From Patescibacteria group bacterium (GTDB lineage Bacteria > Patescibacteriota > Minisyncoccia > Minisyncoccales > PEYH01), in contig JAHITK010000003.1 of the NCBI GenBank assembly GCA_018817645.1, forward strand, positions 9,922 to 73,921: a stretch of 64,000 bases of DNA, written 5' to 3'. Below, piece by piece: positions 27,533-37,804 of this stretch. Numbering within the stretch: the stretch's first letter is position 1; the number at the start of each line of letters is the position of its first letter. The notes under the pieces were generated by a model that did no database searches, was not told where the DNA came from, and was given only the letters and a program-made list of their open reading frames with translations. The position numbers were made by a program, and so were the translations under genes.

Positions 27533-28588
27533 TTATAATAATTTTGTGTTTTGTGTTTTTGATTTTGGATTTATTCTAAGGTGCTCATAGGCCTTTTGAG
27601 TCGCCATCCTTCCTTTGGGGCTTCTTACAATCAAGCCCAGCTGCAGCAGATACGGCTCATAGACCTCCAAAATATTATCCTGCTCCTCATTAGCGGAGGC
27701 CGCTAATGCCTGCAAGCCAACCGGGCCGCCATTAAACTTCCGGATTAGCATTTCCAGAATTTTTCTATCCGGCGGCTCCAGCCCCATTTCATCTATCTCT
27801 AAAGCCGATAATCCCAATTCGGTTATTTCTTTATTAATTTTTTCCATTCCTTCTACTTGCGCGAAATCGCGGATTCTTTTCAGAAGCCGATTGGCTATGC
27901 GCGGAGTGAATCTTGAACATTGACTTATCATGGTTATGGCTTCCTCATCTATTGCTATAGATAAGATGCCGGCCGATCTTTTGATAATTTTTTGGATATC
28001 ATCGCCCGAATAAAAATCAACCTGAAAAGTAGCTCCAAATCGGCTTCTCAACGGAGAGGTAAGCAGCCCGATTCTGGTCGTTGCCCCTATCAAGGTGAAG
28101 GGAGGAAGGTCTATTTCCAGCGTTCTGGCCATCGGGCCGGTGCCGGTTATTATCTGCAGTTTGAAATCCTCCATAGCCGGATAGATAATCTCCTCACAGG
28201 TTTTATTCAAGCGATGAATTTCGTCAATAAAAAGAACATCTCTTTCGGAGAGCGAGGTCAAAATAGCAGCCAGATCTCCCGGTCTTTGGATGGCCGGGCC
28301 AGTGATAATTCTTATATTAGAGTCGATGCTTTGGGCGACTAAACGCGACAGGGTTGACTTTCCAAGCCCCGGGCCGCCGCAAAAAAGAAGATGGTCAACC
28401 GCCTCCTTTCTTTCTTTGGCTGCTTGCAGGATAATCCGGATATTTCTTTTTATCCTCTCTTGCCCAATAAAATCCTCCCATTGTTTGGGTCTAAGGGTTT
28501 GGTCTAAGACCTCTTCTTCTTTTAGATTAACATTGTCCCGTAATGGTTTCTTTTTTGGAGAGAGGGGGTAGGGGGGGTTGACAATCAT
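27533..28588 (-). CDS. ruvB: Holliday junction branch-migration helicase RuvB
   Basis: Walker A GGPGLGKSTL. Sensor and arginine-finger regions present. Confidence 0.9.
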   Translation of the reverse strand: MIVNPPYPLSPKKKPLRDNVNLKEEEVLDQTLRPKQWEDFIGQERIKRNIRIILQAAKERKEAVDHLLFCGGPGLGKSTLSRLVAQSIDSNIRIITGPAIQRPGDLAAILTSLSERDVLFIDEIHRLNKTCEEIIYPAMEDFKLQIITGTGPMARTLEIDLPPFTLIGATTRIGLLTSPLRSRFGATFQVDFYSGDDIQKIIKRSAGILSIAIDEEAITMISQCSRFTPRIANRLLKRIRDFAQVEGMEKINKEITELGLSALEIDEMGLEPPDRKILEMLIRKFNGGPVGLQALAASANEEQDNILEVYEPYLLQLGLIVRSPKGRMATQKAYEHLRINPKSKTQNTKLL

Positions 28589-28725
28589 TTTGTTATTTGT
28601 TATAATAAAGGCGATCCCTGGCTGATTAGGGGTTTTTCTTAGCTCGGGTAAACTGGCTCCGGCTGGGTTATTCCTCGGAAAAATTCTGGTCTTTATTTGG
28701 TTATGAAGATATTGCAGCCAGGGAT

Positions 28726-30033
28726 TTAGTTTTCGCTGGTGACTCTTTCCACTTCCTCTATGGTGGTTATTTGTTTAAGAACCTTGATTATTCCGTCCTG
28801 AAACATTGTAATCATTCCATTTTCGGCAATGATTTTTTTAATTTCGGGAACAGCTGGTTTTTTGACAATAAGGGATTCCAGTTCGTCGTTGATTAAAAAT
28901 GCCTCAAATATTCCCTGCCGTCCTTTATAGCCGGTAAAGCTGCATTCTTTGCATCCTTTGGGAACCGCTATTTTTATCGGCGCCGGGAGAGTGAAATTAT
29001 CATTTGGAACATCTTTCATCACTCTTTTTATCTTTTCTGATTCTTCCGGCGTCGCTTCTCTTATCCCGGCGCATTTCTTACAAACCCTCCTGACCAAGCG
29101 CTGGGCAATCACCATATTTATAGCCGGACCGATATTCATAGCGTCGGCTCCCAAAGATATTAAGCGGGGAATAGCTCCGGCCGCGTCGTTTGTGTGCAGA
29201 GTGGAAAAAACCAGATGGCCAGTCAGGGCTGCTTGTAGGGAGATTTGGGTTGTTTCCAGGTCTCTTATTTCTCCGACCAATATTACATCAGGATCCTGCC
29301 TTACAATGGAGCGCAGGCCGTTGGCAAAATCATACCCCTGGCTGGGATTTACTTCTGTTTGGGAGGTGCCATCGAGGCGGTATTCGATAGGGTCTTCAAT
29401 GGTGATGATTTTGATTTCCGGATTCTGGATATGTTTTAAAAAAGCGTAAAGAGTAGTGGTTTTTCCGGATCCGGTCGGTCCGGTAACAATTATCATCCCA
29501 TTAGGTTTTTTGATTTCTCCTTTGAACACTTCCAGTAATTCCTCTCTTAATCCAAGCTCTTCCATATTTTTCAAGCTTTCCGGATTAAGGATTCTCATCA
29601 CCACCGATTCCCCAAAGTCCGCTGGCAGAGCCGAGGTCCTGATTTCTATCTCCTGTTCCGGGTTTGTTTTTATTTGCATAACAACAGAGAAACTCCCGTC
29701 CTGCGGTTTATCGTGGACATTTAATTTAAGACCGGCCAAAAGTTTGATTCTGGATAAAAGCAGGCGGTATGTCTCCGGGGAAAGAAACATTACATCATGG
29801 AGCATGCCGTCCAACCGTATCCGCAGACGGACATCTTCTTCTCTCGGCTCAAGGTGGATATCAGAGGCAGACAGAGAAATCGCACCCACTAAAACCACCT
29901 CGATAATCTTTGTAATCTCCTTTTTTATATTCTTCTCTATTTCTGTTTTAAAATCAGGCACGGATTTTATGGCCTTTTGTACTGGCCCGATTATTTGAGA
30001 AGGGATGATAATTTTGTCAGTAATTTTTACCAT
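28726..30033 (-). CDS. Type II/IV secretion-family ATPase (PilB/GspE-like)
   Basis: Walker A GPTGSGKTTT. Asp box. Tetracysteine CKKC...CKEC. Confidence 0.8.
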   Translation of the reverse strand: MVKITDKIIIPSQIIGPVQKAIKSVPDFKTEIEKNIKKEITKIIEVVLVGAISLSASDIHLEPREEDVRLRIRLDGMLHDVMFLSPETYRLLLSRIKLLAGLKLNVHDKPQDGSFSVVMQIKTNPEQEIEIRTSALPADFGESVVMRILNPESLKNMEELGLREELLEVFKGEIKKPNGMIIVTGPTGSGKTTTLYAFLKHIQNPEIKIITIEDPIEYRLDGTSQTEVNPSQGYDFANGLRSIVRQDPDVILVGEIRDLETTQISLQAALTGHLVFSTLHTNDAAGAIPRLISLGADAMNIGPAINMVIAQRLVRRVCKKCAGIREATPEESEKIKRVMKDVPNDNFTLPAPIKIAVPKGCKECSFTGYKGRQGIFEAFLINDELESLIVKKPAVPEIKKIIAENGMITMFQDGIIKVLKQITTIEEVERVTSEN

Positions 30034-30145
30034 AAACGATTCAATAATTTACAATTTTCAATTTTCCCGCCGCCACCCGCCCGGGGCGAGCTAAGGCAGG
30101 CAGGTAATTTTCAATTAACAATTAATAACATTTACCCGAAGGTTA

Positions 30146-31237
30146 TTAAAAGATGATTTCCATTATTTTTTCTTTTATCTCATTTATATTACCATTTTCT
30201 GCCTTGAATATAATAGCCCTCCCCTTGGCCGTCCCCTCAAAGGCCTCAAGTATCTTGCTGCTGGAGTAGGGTTTGGAAGAATAAAAAACGCCTCTCACCG
30301 GGGTTTTATTGTTTTCGCTTTCCCAGAGAAGAAGCAGCGAGGGAAGCCGCAGGATATTGTTGCTAAGTTCTTCCAAGACAAAACCTAAATCCTTCGGATT
30401 AGTCCCGGATTCCTGAAAATCTTTTTTAGTCAAAGAAATTACGGGAAGTTGTTTTTCCCGGCGGAATTCAATTTTTTTCAAGGCGATTTCCAGAATATTA
30501 AGCTCTCGGACGCTTTCATTTTTTGCGAAAAATTTTAATAATTCTTTATAGCGGATATTAGCGGTTATCAAGTCAAAAACGCTGTTCATTATTTCCTGAT
30601 TAGCCCCTCTATCTTTGGAAAAAGCGATTATCCCGGCCAAAATCCAGGTTTTAATATTTTGGTCGGTCGGGCCCGGAAGCAAGTCAAGCAGCTGATTGGA
30701 AATTAAAGTCATCGGCAGGTTTTCCGAGACCAGATTAATGTTGCCGAATCTGTTGTTTATCGGCCGATTGTCTATATTCAATATCGGGGTTTGATAAAAA
30801 AGCTTAAAATTTTCTTCATAAAAATCCTCTAATATCTCCAAATTTTCTATCCCCACCGTTATTAAAAGATCCGAGTCCGTCTTCGGCAATTCTTGGAAAT
30901 CGTCAAAATTTATGTCGTCTTTGGTGATTTTACTGCCTTTTGGGCTCAAAGATATTTTCAGTATCTGGTTTTCTTTTTCATAGTATAACTCGGAGATTTC
31001 TTTACCCTTAATAGAGATGACAAACCTGCTCGGATTAAGGGTTTGAGGGAATAGCAGGGCATAGTTTTGGGGAATAGTCCGAGGATATAAATTTACAATC
31101 TTGCCTTTATTGTTTAAAGTATAAGAAAGGGAAACAGCTGATGCCAGGGAATCAAGGCCCGGATTTTGAGGGGTCAGCACCAGGATATTCTTAGCGCTGT
31201 CAAGAAGTTTTTTTGCTTGATATAATCCTTCAGTCAT
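30146..31237 (-). CDS. NrnA-like DHH/DHHA1-family protein with degenerate catalytic motifs
   Basis: Layout collinear with NrnA. DHH is replaced by DNR (NIDNRPINNRFG). Asp motifs replaced (NPGLDS). GGGH is replaced by EGTAKG. Confidence 0.4.
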   Translation of the reverse strand: MTEGLYQAKKLLDSAKNILVLTPQNPGLDSLASAVSLSYTLNNKGKIVNLYPRTIPQNYALLFPQTLNPSRFVISIKGKEISELYYEKENQILKISLSPKGSKITKDDINFDDFQELPKTDSDLLITVGIENLEILEDFYEENFKLFYQTPILNIDNRPINNRFGNINLVSENLPMTLISNQLLDLLPGPTDQNIKTWILAGIIAFSKDRGANQEIMNSVFDLITANIRYKELLKFFAKNESVRELNILEIALKKIEFRREKQLPVISLTKKDFQESGTNPKDLGFVLEELSNNILRLPSLLLLWESENNKTPVRGVFYSSKPYSSSKILEAFEGTAKGRAIIFKAENGNINEIKEKIMEIIF

Positions 31238-31271
31238 TAATTCAATCTATATTTTATTGGTTTAAAAGTCA

Positions 31272-31820
31272 ATGGAAAAAAAGATAATAACAGGCAGCGA
31301 TCAAAAGACCAGGTCTTTGGCAAAAAGCATGGCTGAAAATTGTTTGAAAACGGGGCTCGGTTTTGTTTTTAACGGCCAAGCAATGATTTTCGCTCTGGAT
31401 GGCAGCTTGGGCAGCGGTAAGACGACTTTTATCCAGGGGTTTGCCAAGGGACTGGGGATAAGAGAGAAAATTTTGAGTCCCACCTTCGTAATTTTGAAAA
31501 GATTCAAAATTACTAAACCCAAAGGCCCGAACCCAACCCGCTCGCAACGCTTCGCGCCGCGATGCGGGCCAGAATCTAAAGCCCTAAGCCCAAAATTTAA
31601 AAATTTTTATCATATTGATTGTTATAGAATAAAGGATTCGCAGGAAATTTTGGACCTGGGCTTTGAAGAAATAATTTCTGACCCGGAAAATATAGTGGTT
31701 ATTGAATGGGCGGACAAAATCAAGGAAGTTCTTCCCAAAAACATCGCGGTTATTAATTTTAAGTTGAAGGATAAAAATATTCGGGAAATTATTATTAAAA
31801 GCGAATATAATTTTGGATAA
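31272..31820 (+). CDS. tsaE: tRNA t6A biosynthesis protein TsaE, carrying an in-frame GC-rich repeat insertion
   Basis: P-loop GSLGSGKTTF, SPTFV, YHIDCYRI motifs. An extra PKGPNPTRSQRFAPRCGPES segment is encoded by the GC-rich element at about 31533-31572. Confidence 0.75.
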   Translation: MEKKIITGSDQKTRSLAKSMAENCLKTGLGFVFNGQAMIFALDGSLGSGKTTFIQGFAKGLGIREKILSPTFVILKRFKITKPKGPNPTRSQRFAPRCGPESKALSPKFKNFYHIDCYRIKDSQEILDLGFEEIISDPENIVVIEWADKIKEVLPKNIAVINFKLKDKNIREIIIKSEYNFG

Positions 31821-32736
31821 AAAACGATTAGTGATAATTGACAGCAATGCCTTGGTCCACCGGGCCTTTCATGCCTTACCGCCCCTTACCTCTCCGAAGG
31901 GAGATTTGGTCAATGCCGTTTATGGGTTTCTTTTGGTTTTTTTGAAAGCGCTCAAAGACCTGCGGCCTGATTGCGTAGCCGCTACCTTTGATTTGCCGGG
32001 CCCCACTTTTAGGGACAAGATATACCAGGAGTATAAGGCAAAAAGGGTGAAGGCGCCGGATGAGCTTTATCTCCAGATTCCGATAACGAAAAGAATGCTT
32101 GAAGTGTTTGGCGTTCCGGTTTTTGAGAAACAAGGATTTGAGGCAGATGATGTGATAGGCACTATCGCCAAAAATGCCAAAAGAAAACAGATAACTCCGG
32201 AAATAGAGATAATCATTGTCACTGGAGACCTGGATGCTTTGCGTTTGGTCGATAAAAATACCAAGGTCTATACTTTGAAAAGGGGCCTTTCCGAAACAGT
32301 GGTCTATGACGAACAGTTAGTGAAAAAGAGGTACGACGGTCTGATACCCGAACAATTAACAGATTACCGCGCCTTAAGAGGGGATCCTTCCGACAATATT
32401 CCGGGCGTGACTGGAATCGGGCCCAAAACAGCCATAGGATTATTAAAAAGATTCGGATCTTTGGACAACATTTACCGGGTAATTGAGAGCGGAGAGAGTA
32501 AGGATTTAATCCCGCTCCGCCTTGAAGAAAAACTTATTGCCTACAAAGAACAAGCGCTCTTCTCAAGGGCGCTGGCGGAAATTAACACTGCTGTTCCGAT
32601 TGATTTTACCCTTGCGCAGTGCCAATGCCGCCCGCTGGACCGGGAGAAAATAATAAAAATTTTCCAGGAATTCGGATTTTACAGCTTGATTAAAAGATTG
32701 CCGGACACGGCGCAGGCAAAATTAGGGGATTTCTGA
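31813..32736 (+). CDS. Standalone 5'-3' exonuclease (Pol I N-terminal/FEN-like)
   Basis: LVIIDSNALVHRAFHA...Y(K)A(K)R motifs. Helix-hairpin-helix region. Confidence 0.8.
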   Translation: MDKKRLVIIDSNALVHRAFHALPPLTSPKGDLVNAVYGFLLVFLKALKDLRPDCVAATFDLPGPTFRDKIYQEYKAKRVKAPDELYLQIPITKRMLEVFGVPVFEKQGFEADDVIGTIAKNAKRKQITPEIEIIIVTGDLDALRLVDKNTKVYTLKRGLSETVVYDEQLVKKRYDGLIPEQLTDYRALRGDPSDNIPGVTGIGPKTAIGLLKRFGSLDNIYRVIESGESKDLIPLRLEEKLIAYKEQALFSRALAEINTAVPIDFTLAQCQCRPLDREKIIKIFQEFGFYSLIKRLPDTAQAKLGDF

Positions 32737-32822
32737 ATTTAATATCAAAAATCCCCCGCGCTTGGCGTAAAATTCCTTTCAAGGCAATAAATTGTTATAA
32801 TAAATGAATTAAACAGATATTA

Positions 32823-33776
32823 ATGACAGAAGTTTTTAAAAGAGAAAGCCAGGTCAAATCGGCTATATTGGAAAATTTGGGAAAAGAAAGAAGGCGGAGA
32901 AAATATATTATTTTGGGAACAATTGCCTTTTTCTTGGCAATAAGATTGGCCATTAAGCCCTTCCCTTACTTTTATTATATTACAGCGGGTTGTTTACTGT
33001 CCCTCTTTTTGATAATTCCGGCTACTCATTATCTCAAAAAGGACTCTAAGATGAAAATAGGAGTCATTCGGCTTATCGTAGGGGCAATAATCTTTATAGA
33101 ACTTTTAACCCTCGGCGCGGTATTATACTTCTTTATGCCGGTGGCTTTATTTTATCAGATGCGCATTTCTATCATCGCCATTCCGTTTTTCCTGCTTTAC
33201 GCCGTCCTGATTTACCCCTTGCTGGTTTCCAGGAAAAGCAACGACCTTTTTTATTTCTTTTCTTTGGTTATGGTGTCGGCTTTGTCGCTGTTGGAATATG
33301 CGGGCCGGTATCCGGACTACTCCCATTATCCCATTTCCGAAGAACCGGCTTTGGCCCTCTATGCGGCAATCATTCCGATTGTCATCGCCCTGTTTATTTT
33401 CTTAACAATGAGGAGTTCAATGAGTCAGTTTTGGGGGCAGTTTAGCAAAATGAATCTGGAACTTAAAGGATTAAATATTGAACTTGAAGAGAAAGTCAAA
33501 GAAAGGACAACGGAACTGCAGAAAAAGTCAGAAGAGCTGGAAGAAGCGAAAAATATTTTAGAAATCAAGGTGGCGGCGCGGACCAGAGAATTGGAAGAAT
33601 CCGCCGAGCAATTGGAGGAAAATATCAAATTGAGAACCAAGGAACTACAAGAGAGAATCGATGAATTAGAGACATTCCATAAGCTTACCGTCGGCCGGGA
33701 ATTAAAGATGATTGAACTCAAAAAGGAAATAGAAGACTTGAAAGAACAATTAATCAGCAGGCAGAAAAATGAGTAA
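32823..33776 (+). CDS. Polytopic membrane protein with C-terminal coiled coil (hypothetical)
   Basis: About 6 TM helices, then heptad-rich E/K/L segment. Confidence 0.35.
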   Translation: MTEVFKRESQVKSAILENLGKERRRRKYIILGTIAFFLAIRLAIKPFPYFYYITAGCLLSLFLIIPATHYLKKDSKMKIGVIRLIVGAIIFIELLTLGAVLYFFMPVALFYQMRISIIAIPFFLLYAVLIYPLLVSRKSNDLFYFFSLVMVSALSLLEYAGRYPDYSHYPISEEPALALYAAIIPIVIALFIFLTMRSSMSQFWGQFSKMNLELKGLNIELEEKVKERTTELQKKSEELEEAKNILEIKVAARTRELEESAEQLEENIKLRTKELQERIDELETFHKLTVGRELKMIELKKEIEDLKEQLISRQKNE

Positions 33777-33788
33777 ATTAGCAAGAGA

Positions 33789-35387
33789 ATGAAAAATAAG
33801 TTTTTTCTGAAAAACAGAAAATTAAATATGGCGCCGGAATACCAAAAAGAGATAGCAAAATTACAGAAAGACCTCAATGAAGCCGCCGCTTATTTGAATG
33901 ATTTTCTGGCTTTTTTGCCTTTGCCGATTTGCGATGTCAGCCCGACCGGAATGGTAAGTAATGTGAACAAGGCCTTTGAAAAATTAACCGGGTTTCGTTT
34001 CAGCGAGGCAATAGGTGAATACTTATCGGGCTTTTTCACGGAACGGGGCGAGATTGATGCCTGTCTTAAGTCGTTAGAAAGAGATAACGCGGCAAAAAGC
34101 GAAGAATTGTATTTAGTCACCAAGGATAAGAAAAAAATACCGGTAAGCGTATCCTTTGCGGCCAAAAGAGACCAGAGAGGGGAATTAACAGGCTATTTTA
34201 TCGGAATCATAGACATTACCCTTTTGAAGGACTTGCAGAGCAAGACCGAGGAAAAAATCAAGGCCAGAACAAAGGACTTGGAGAATTCAAGAACGGCCCT
34301 GCTCAATATGCTCGAGGATACCGAAATGGCCAAGCAGCAGATAGAAAGAGAAAAAAACAGAAGCCAGATAATTTTTAACAATTTTATTGACGGGCTCCTG
34401 ATATTTAATTCCAAAGGAGAACTGGAACTGTTGAATCCGCGGGCAGAGGAATTTTTGAAAGTAAGACAGTCCGCCCTTATTGGAAAAACAATCACTGAAC
34501 TGGCAGAATGGTCGCAGACAATGGATTTGGCAAAAATGCTTGAAAGCAGAAAGAAGGATATCTTCCGAGAAGAGCTTCCTTTTAAAGAAGGAGAATTAGT
34601 GGTAGAGGTTACCACCCAGACATTGAATCCTGGCAAAAAAGACGCTTCAACCCTGGTAATTCTCCACGACATCTCCAGGGAGAAAGTCATAGAGCGTTTA
34701 AAGAGCCAGTTTGTTTCAGTCGCCGCTCATCAATTAAGGACCCCGCTTTCCATTATAAAATGGTCATTATCTATGATTTTGGAAGAAGAAATAGGGCCTC
34801 TTAACACGGAACAGAAAGAAATGTTATCCTGGGCTAATCAGACAAATGAAAGAATGATAAGATTGATTAATGATTTGTTGAATGTTGCCAGAATAGAGGA
34901 AGGAAGGTTTATGTACCGCCCGACCATTATAGATTTCGGCGAACTGGTGGAGTCAATGGTGGCTTCGCTGAAACCGTTGGCCCAAAAGAAAAAAGTAAAG
35001 TTCATTTTTAAAACTTCTAAAACCAAGGCCCCGAAAGTAATCAGGGCGGACATTGAAAAATTGACTTTGGCAATCAAGAATATCATTGAGAACGCCATAT
35101 TTTATACTGATCCAGGGGGCAGCGTTGAGGTTTCTTTAACCAGAAAGAAAGATAAGGTGGAGTTATCTGTCAAGGACAGCGGAATCGGCATTCCTAAAGA
35201 CCAGCAGGACAGAGTTTTTACCAAATTCTTCAGAGCCGACAATGCGGTGCGAAAAGAGACCGAGGGCACCGGCTTGGGCCTATTTATCGCCAAGAATGTT
35301 ATGGAATCCCATAAGGGCAAGATTTCATTCGTTTCCGCAGAGAAAAAGGGCACCACTTTCACCATTTCTCTGCCAGCCATAGGATGA
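33789..35387 (+). CDS. PAS-domain sensor histidine kinase
   Basis: H-box VAAHQLRTPL. N box. G boxes GTGLGLFIAKN. Confidence 0.8.
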   Translation: MKNKFFLKNRKLNMAPEYQKEIAKLQKDLNEAAAYLNDFLAFLPLPICDVSPTGMVSNVNKAFEKLTGFRFSEAIGEYLSGFFTERGEIDACLKSLERDNAAKSEELYLVTKDKKKIPVSVSFAAKRDQRGELTGYFIGIIDITLLKDLQSKTEEKIKARTKDLENSRTALLNMLEDTEMAKQQIEREKNRSQIIFNNFIDGLLIFNSKGELELLNPRAEEFLKVRQSALIGKTITELAEWSQTMDLAKMLESRKKDIFREELPFKEGELVVEVTTQTLNPGKKDASTLVILHDISREKVIERLKSQFVSVAAHQLRTPLSIIKWSLSMILEEEIGPLNTEQKEMLSWANQTNERMIRLINDLLNVARIEEGRFMYRPTIIDFGELVESMVASLKPLAQKKKVKFIFKTSKTKAPKVIRADIEKLTLAIKNIIENAIFYTDPGGSVEVSLTRKKDKVELSVKDSGIGIPKDQQDRVFTKFFRADNAVRKETEGTGLGLFIAKNVMESHKGKISFVSAEKKGTTFTISLPAIG

Positions 35388-35488
35388 TGGTAAAAATAAG
35401 GCATCTGTTATAAAATGAGGATGGGGATTAATGTTTGACAGGGGCTACTAAAAGGTTAAAATAGTAATAGAATTAAATATCAAGAATT

Positions 35489-35872
35489 ATGGCTAAAAAG
35501 ATTTTAATTATAGAGGACGAAGAGCTGCTTTTAAATCTGTTGAAAAAGAAGTTGAGCGAATTGGGCTATGAGGTCTTGGCCGCTGTCGACGGCCTGGAGG
35601 GATTGGAGGCGATTAAGGAGACCGCGCCTGATTTAGTGTTGCTGGATATAGTGATGCCCAAAATGGGAGGATTTGAGGTCTTGGAGAAAAAACAGGAGGA
35701 CGATTCCATTAAAAGTATTCCGGTGATTATTATTTCCAACTCCGGTCAGCCGGTGGAATTAGAAAAAGCGAAACAATTGGGGGCTAAAGATTGGTTGATA
35801 AAAACAGAATTTGACCCCGTGGAAGTGGTGGAAAAAGTTATAAAACAAATTGGAGACAGCAACAATAATTAA
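35489..35872 (+). CDS. Single-domain response regulator (receiver only)
   Basis: IEDEE...DLVLLDIVMP motifs. Confidence 0.8.
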   Translation: MAKKILIIEDEELLLNLLKKKLSELGYEVLAAVDGLEGLEAIKETAPDLVLLDIVMPKMGGFEVLEKKQEDDSIKSIPVIIISNSGQPVELEKAKQLGAKDWLIKTEFDPVEVVEKVIKQIGDSNNN

Positions 35873-35889
35873 GTTGGTTAAGCAAAATT

Positions 35890-36285
35890 ATGCAAGAACA
35901 TATTCTCATAGTAGAAGATGATAAGTTTCTGCGGGAGCTTATCTCCAGAAAGCTTTTAAGCGAGGGATTTAAAATAGATGAAGCGATAGATGGAGAAGAG
36001 GGTCTAAGGAAAATAGAAGAAAGCAAACCGGATTTGGTTTTGCTTGATCTTATTCTGCCTGGTTTGGATGGGTTTGAGGTGTTGGAGAGAATAAAGGACA
36101 ATCCGAGCACTAGTGCCGTGCCCGTGCTTATCCTTTCAAACTTGGGGCAGAGAGACGAGATTGAGAGAGGATTAAAACTGGGGGCGGTTGATTTCTTGGT
36201 AAAGGCGCATTTTACGCCTGAAGAAATAGTGGAAAAGATTAAAACTATTTTTGAAAAGAAACCCGCTGCCAGCCAGAGCGAATAA
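35890..36285 (+). CDS. Second single-domain response regulator
   Basis: VEDDKF...DLVLLDLILPGLDGFEVL. Confidence 0.8.
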   Translation: MQEHILIVEDDKFLRELISRKLLSEGFKIDEAIDGEEGLRKIEESKPDLVLLDLILPGLDGFEVLERIKDNPSTSAVPVLILSNLGQRDEIERGLKLGAVDFLVKAHFTPEEIVEKIKTIFEKKPAASQSE

Positions 36286-36333
36286 TTTTTAGCAAGAATA
36301 ATCTCGAGGAAAGTCCTGAGCAAGGACTTTTCT

Positions 36334-37281
36334 TTGCGCAATATGCTTGTTTTAATATGCGGAAAAGACACTTATAGGGGATGGCAAAAGCTCAAAGAGA
36401 TAGTGAGGGCTTTTGAGAAAGAAAATAAAATTTCTCTGTCTTTGGATTCTCTGGGAAATGAGGCCGTGACATCAGAGGATTTAAAAAATGAATTGAGGCA
36501 CGGCTCGATGTTTGAGAAAGAAAAGATAGTAGTTTTAAGAAATGCTTTTGGCAATGCGAATTTTAAGGAAGAATTTATAAAAGAAATAGAGAGCTTTTCA
36601 GGAGATAAAGACATTTTAATGGTTTTTTATGAAGAAGGAGACGCCTCTCTAAGCGCGGATTTCCTGAAACTTTTCCAGAAACAAGGCGATGTTTATAAAT
36701 TCGACTTTTTAAAGGGAAATGACCTGAAGGAATGGGCTAAAAAAGAATTGTCTTCATTGGGGGCAAGCGCGAAGCCAGAGGCCCTGGCGTTGTTAATCAG
36801 TTCAACCGGCAGCGACCTGTGGCGGTTATCGGCCGAAATTAAAAAAGTCGCTGCCTATAAGGCGGGCAAGAAGAATATTGAGAAGAAAGAGGTGGAACTC
36901 TTGGTAAGCCCGAATAGCGAGGCCGTGATTTTTAAAACTATTGATGCCATTGCTTCGGGAAACAAAAAAACCGCCCTTGATTTGATCTATAAGCATTTGG
37001 CAAAAGGCGATCCCCCGCTTTACCTTTTATCAATGATAATTTTTCAATTCAGAAACCTGTTGGTTGTTAAAGAGCTGGAGGGGCGTTCTTTTGAAGCGAA
37101 AGCCAAACTTTTAAGACCAATGCACCCGTTTGTCGTCCAAAAAAGTTCTTGGTTAGCCAAGAGATTTTCCTTGGAGCAATTAAAAGATATTTATCTCAAA
37201 ATTTTTAAGATGGATTTGGCTATTAAGGGGGGAAAAATAAAACCAGAGATGGCTCTGGAATTATTGGTTGCGGACATTTAG
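36334..37281 (+). CDS. holA: DNA polymerase III delta subunit-like
   Basis: Length and C-terminal helical pattern (...ALDLIYKHLAKGDPPLYLLSMIIFQFRNLL...). Moderate confidence. Confidence 0.5.
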   Translation: MRNMLVLICGKDTYRGWQKLKEIVRAFEKENKISLSLDSLGNEAVTSEDLKNELRHGSMFEKEKIVVLRNAFGNANFKEEFIKEIESFSGDKDILMVFYEEGDASLSADFLKLFQKQGDVYKFDFLKGNDLKEWAKKELSSLGASAKPEALALLISSTGSDLWRLSAEIKKVAAYKAGKKNIEKKEVELLVSPNSEAVIFKTIDAIASGNKKTALDLIYKHLAKGDPPLYLLSMIIFQFRNLLVVKELEGRSFEAKAKLLRPMHPFVVQKSSWLAKRFSLEQLKDIYLKIFKMDLAIKGGKIKPEMALELLVADI

Positions 37282-37542
37282 TTATTTCTGCCTTAAAATT
37301 CGGGCAATACTGGATTTTTTTCTGGCCGCCGTGTTTTTTTTGATAACATTTTCTTTTGCCGCCTTGTCCACTATTTTATAGAATCGAGGGAGCAATTCAT
37401 TTGCCTCCTTTGTTTTATTTTCTTTTTTCAGAGAAAGGATTTGTTTTTGCAAGTTCTTAATGGTTTTTTTATAGCGCAAATTAGACGCTCTGTTTCGGCG
37501 TTCTTGTCTTAGAGATTTGATGGCTGATTTTGTGATAGGCAT
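37282..37542 (-). CDS. rpsT: 30S ribosomal protein S20
   Basis: MPITKSAIKSLRQERRNRASN... Confidence 0.85.
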   Translation of the reverse strand: MPITKSAIKSLRQERRNRASNLRYKKTIKNLQKQILSLKKENKTKEANELLPRFYKIVDKAAKENVIKKNTAARKKSSIARILRQK

Positions 37543-37545
37543 GTT

Positions 37546-37672
37546 CGCTCCCCGCCCGAGGCGGGTTCGCTCAAGTTAAAAATTAACCCGCCTGCAACGC
37601 TTCGCAAGCGAGCTTGCTCGCGCCCGCCGGCAGCGATGCAACAGTTTCGGGCAGGCAGCGAGGCGGGCAGGA
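37546..37672. repeat. GC-rich composite palindromic element (family A) immediately upstream of rpsT
   Basis: Contains GCGAGCAAGCTCGCTTGCGAAGCGTTGC flanked by CCCGCC/GGCGGG arms. Near-identical copy at 39826-39910. Related copies at 58128-58185 and 31533-31572. Confidence 0.65.
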
Positions 37673-37804
37673 AAGGTAAAACTAAAAATGAAAAACAAAA
37701 CACTTCTTGTGATTGATACAATATCACACCCTTTGTTTTTTTTCAAGTTTTTCAAGCCCGAATGGTTGAAAATAAGCGGGGAATAGGGTAATATTAAAGC
37801 GGAT

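Noticed and set aside
28726-30033. Considered the PilB-type ATPase as part of the T4SS-like cluster (VirB11 role).
   Set aside because: It lies about 10 kb away on the opposite strand, with housekeeping genes in between. Its zinc-finger-containing C-terminus fits PilB/GspE rather than VirB11.
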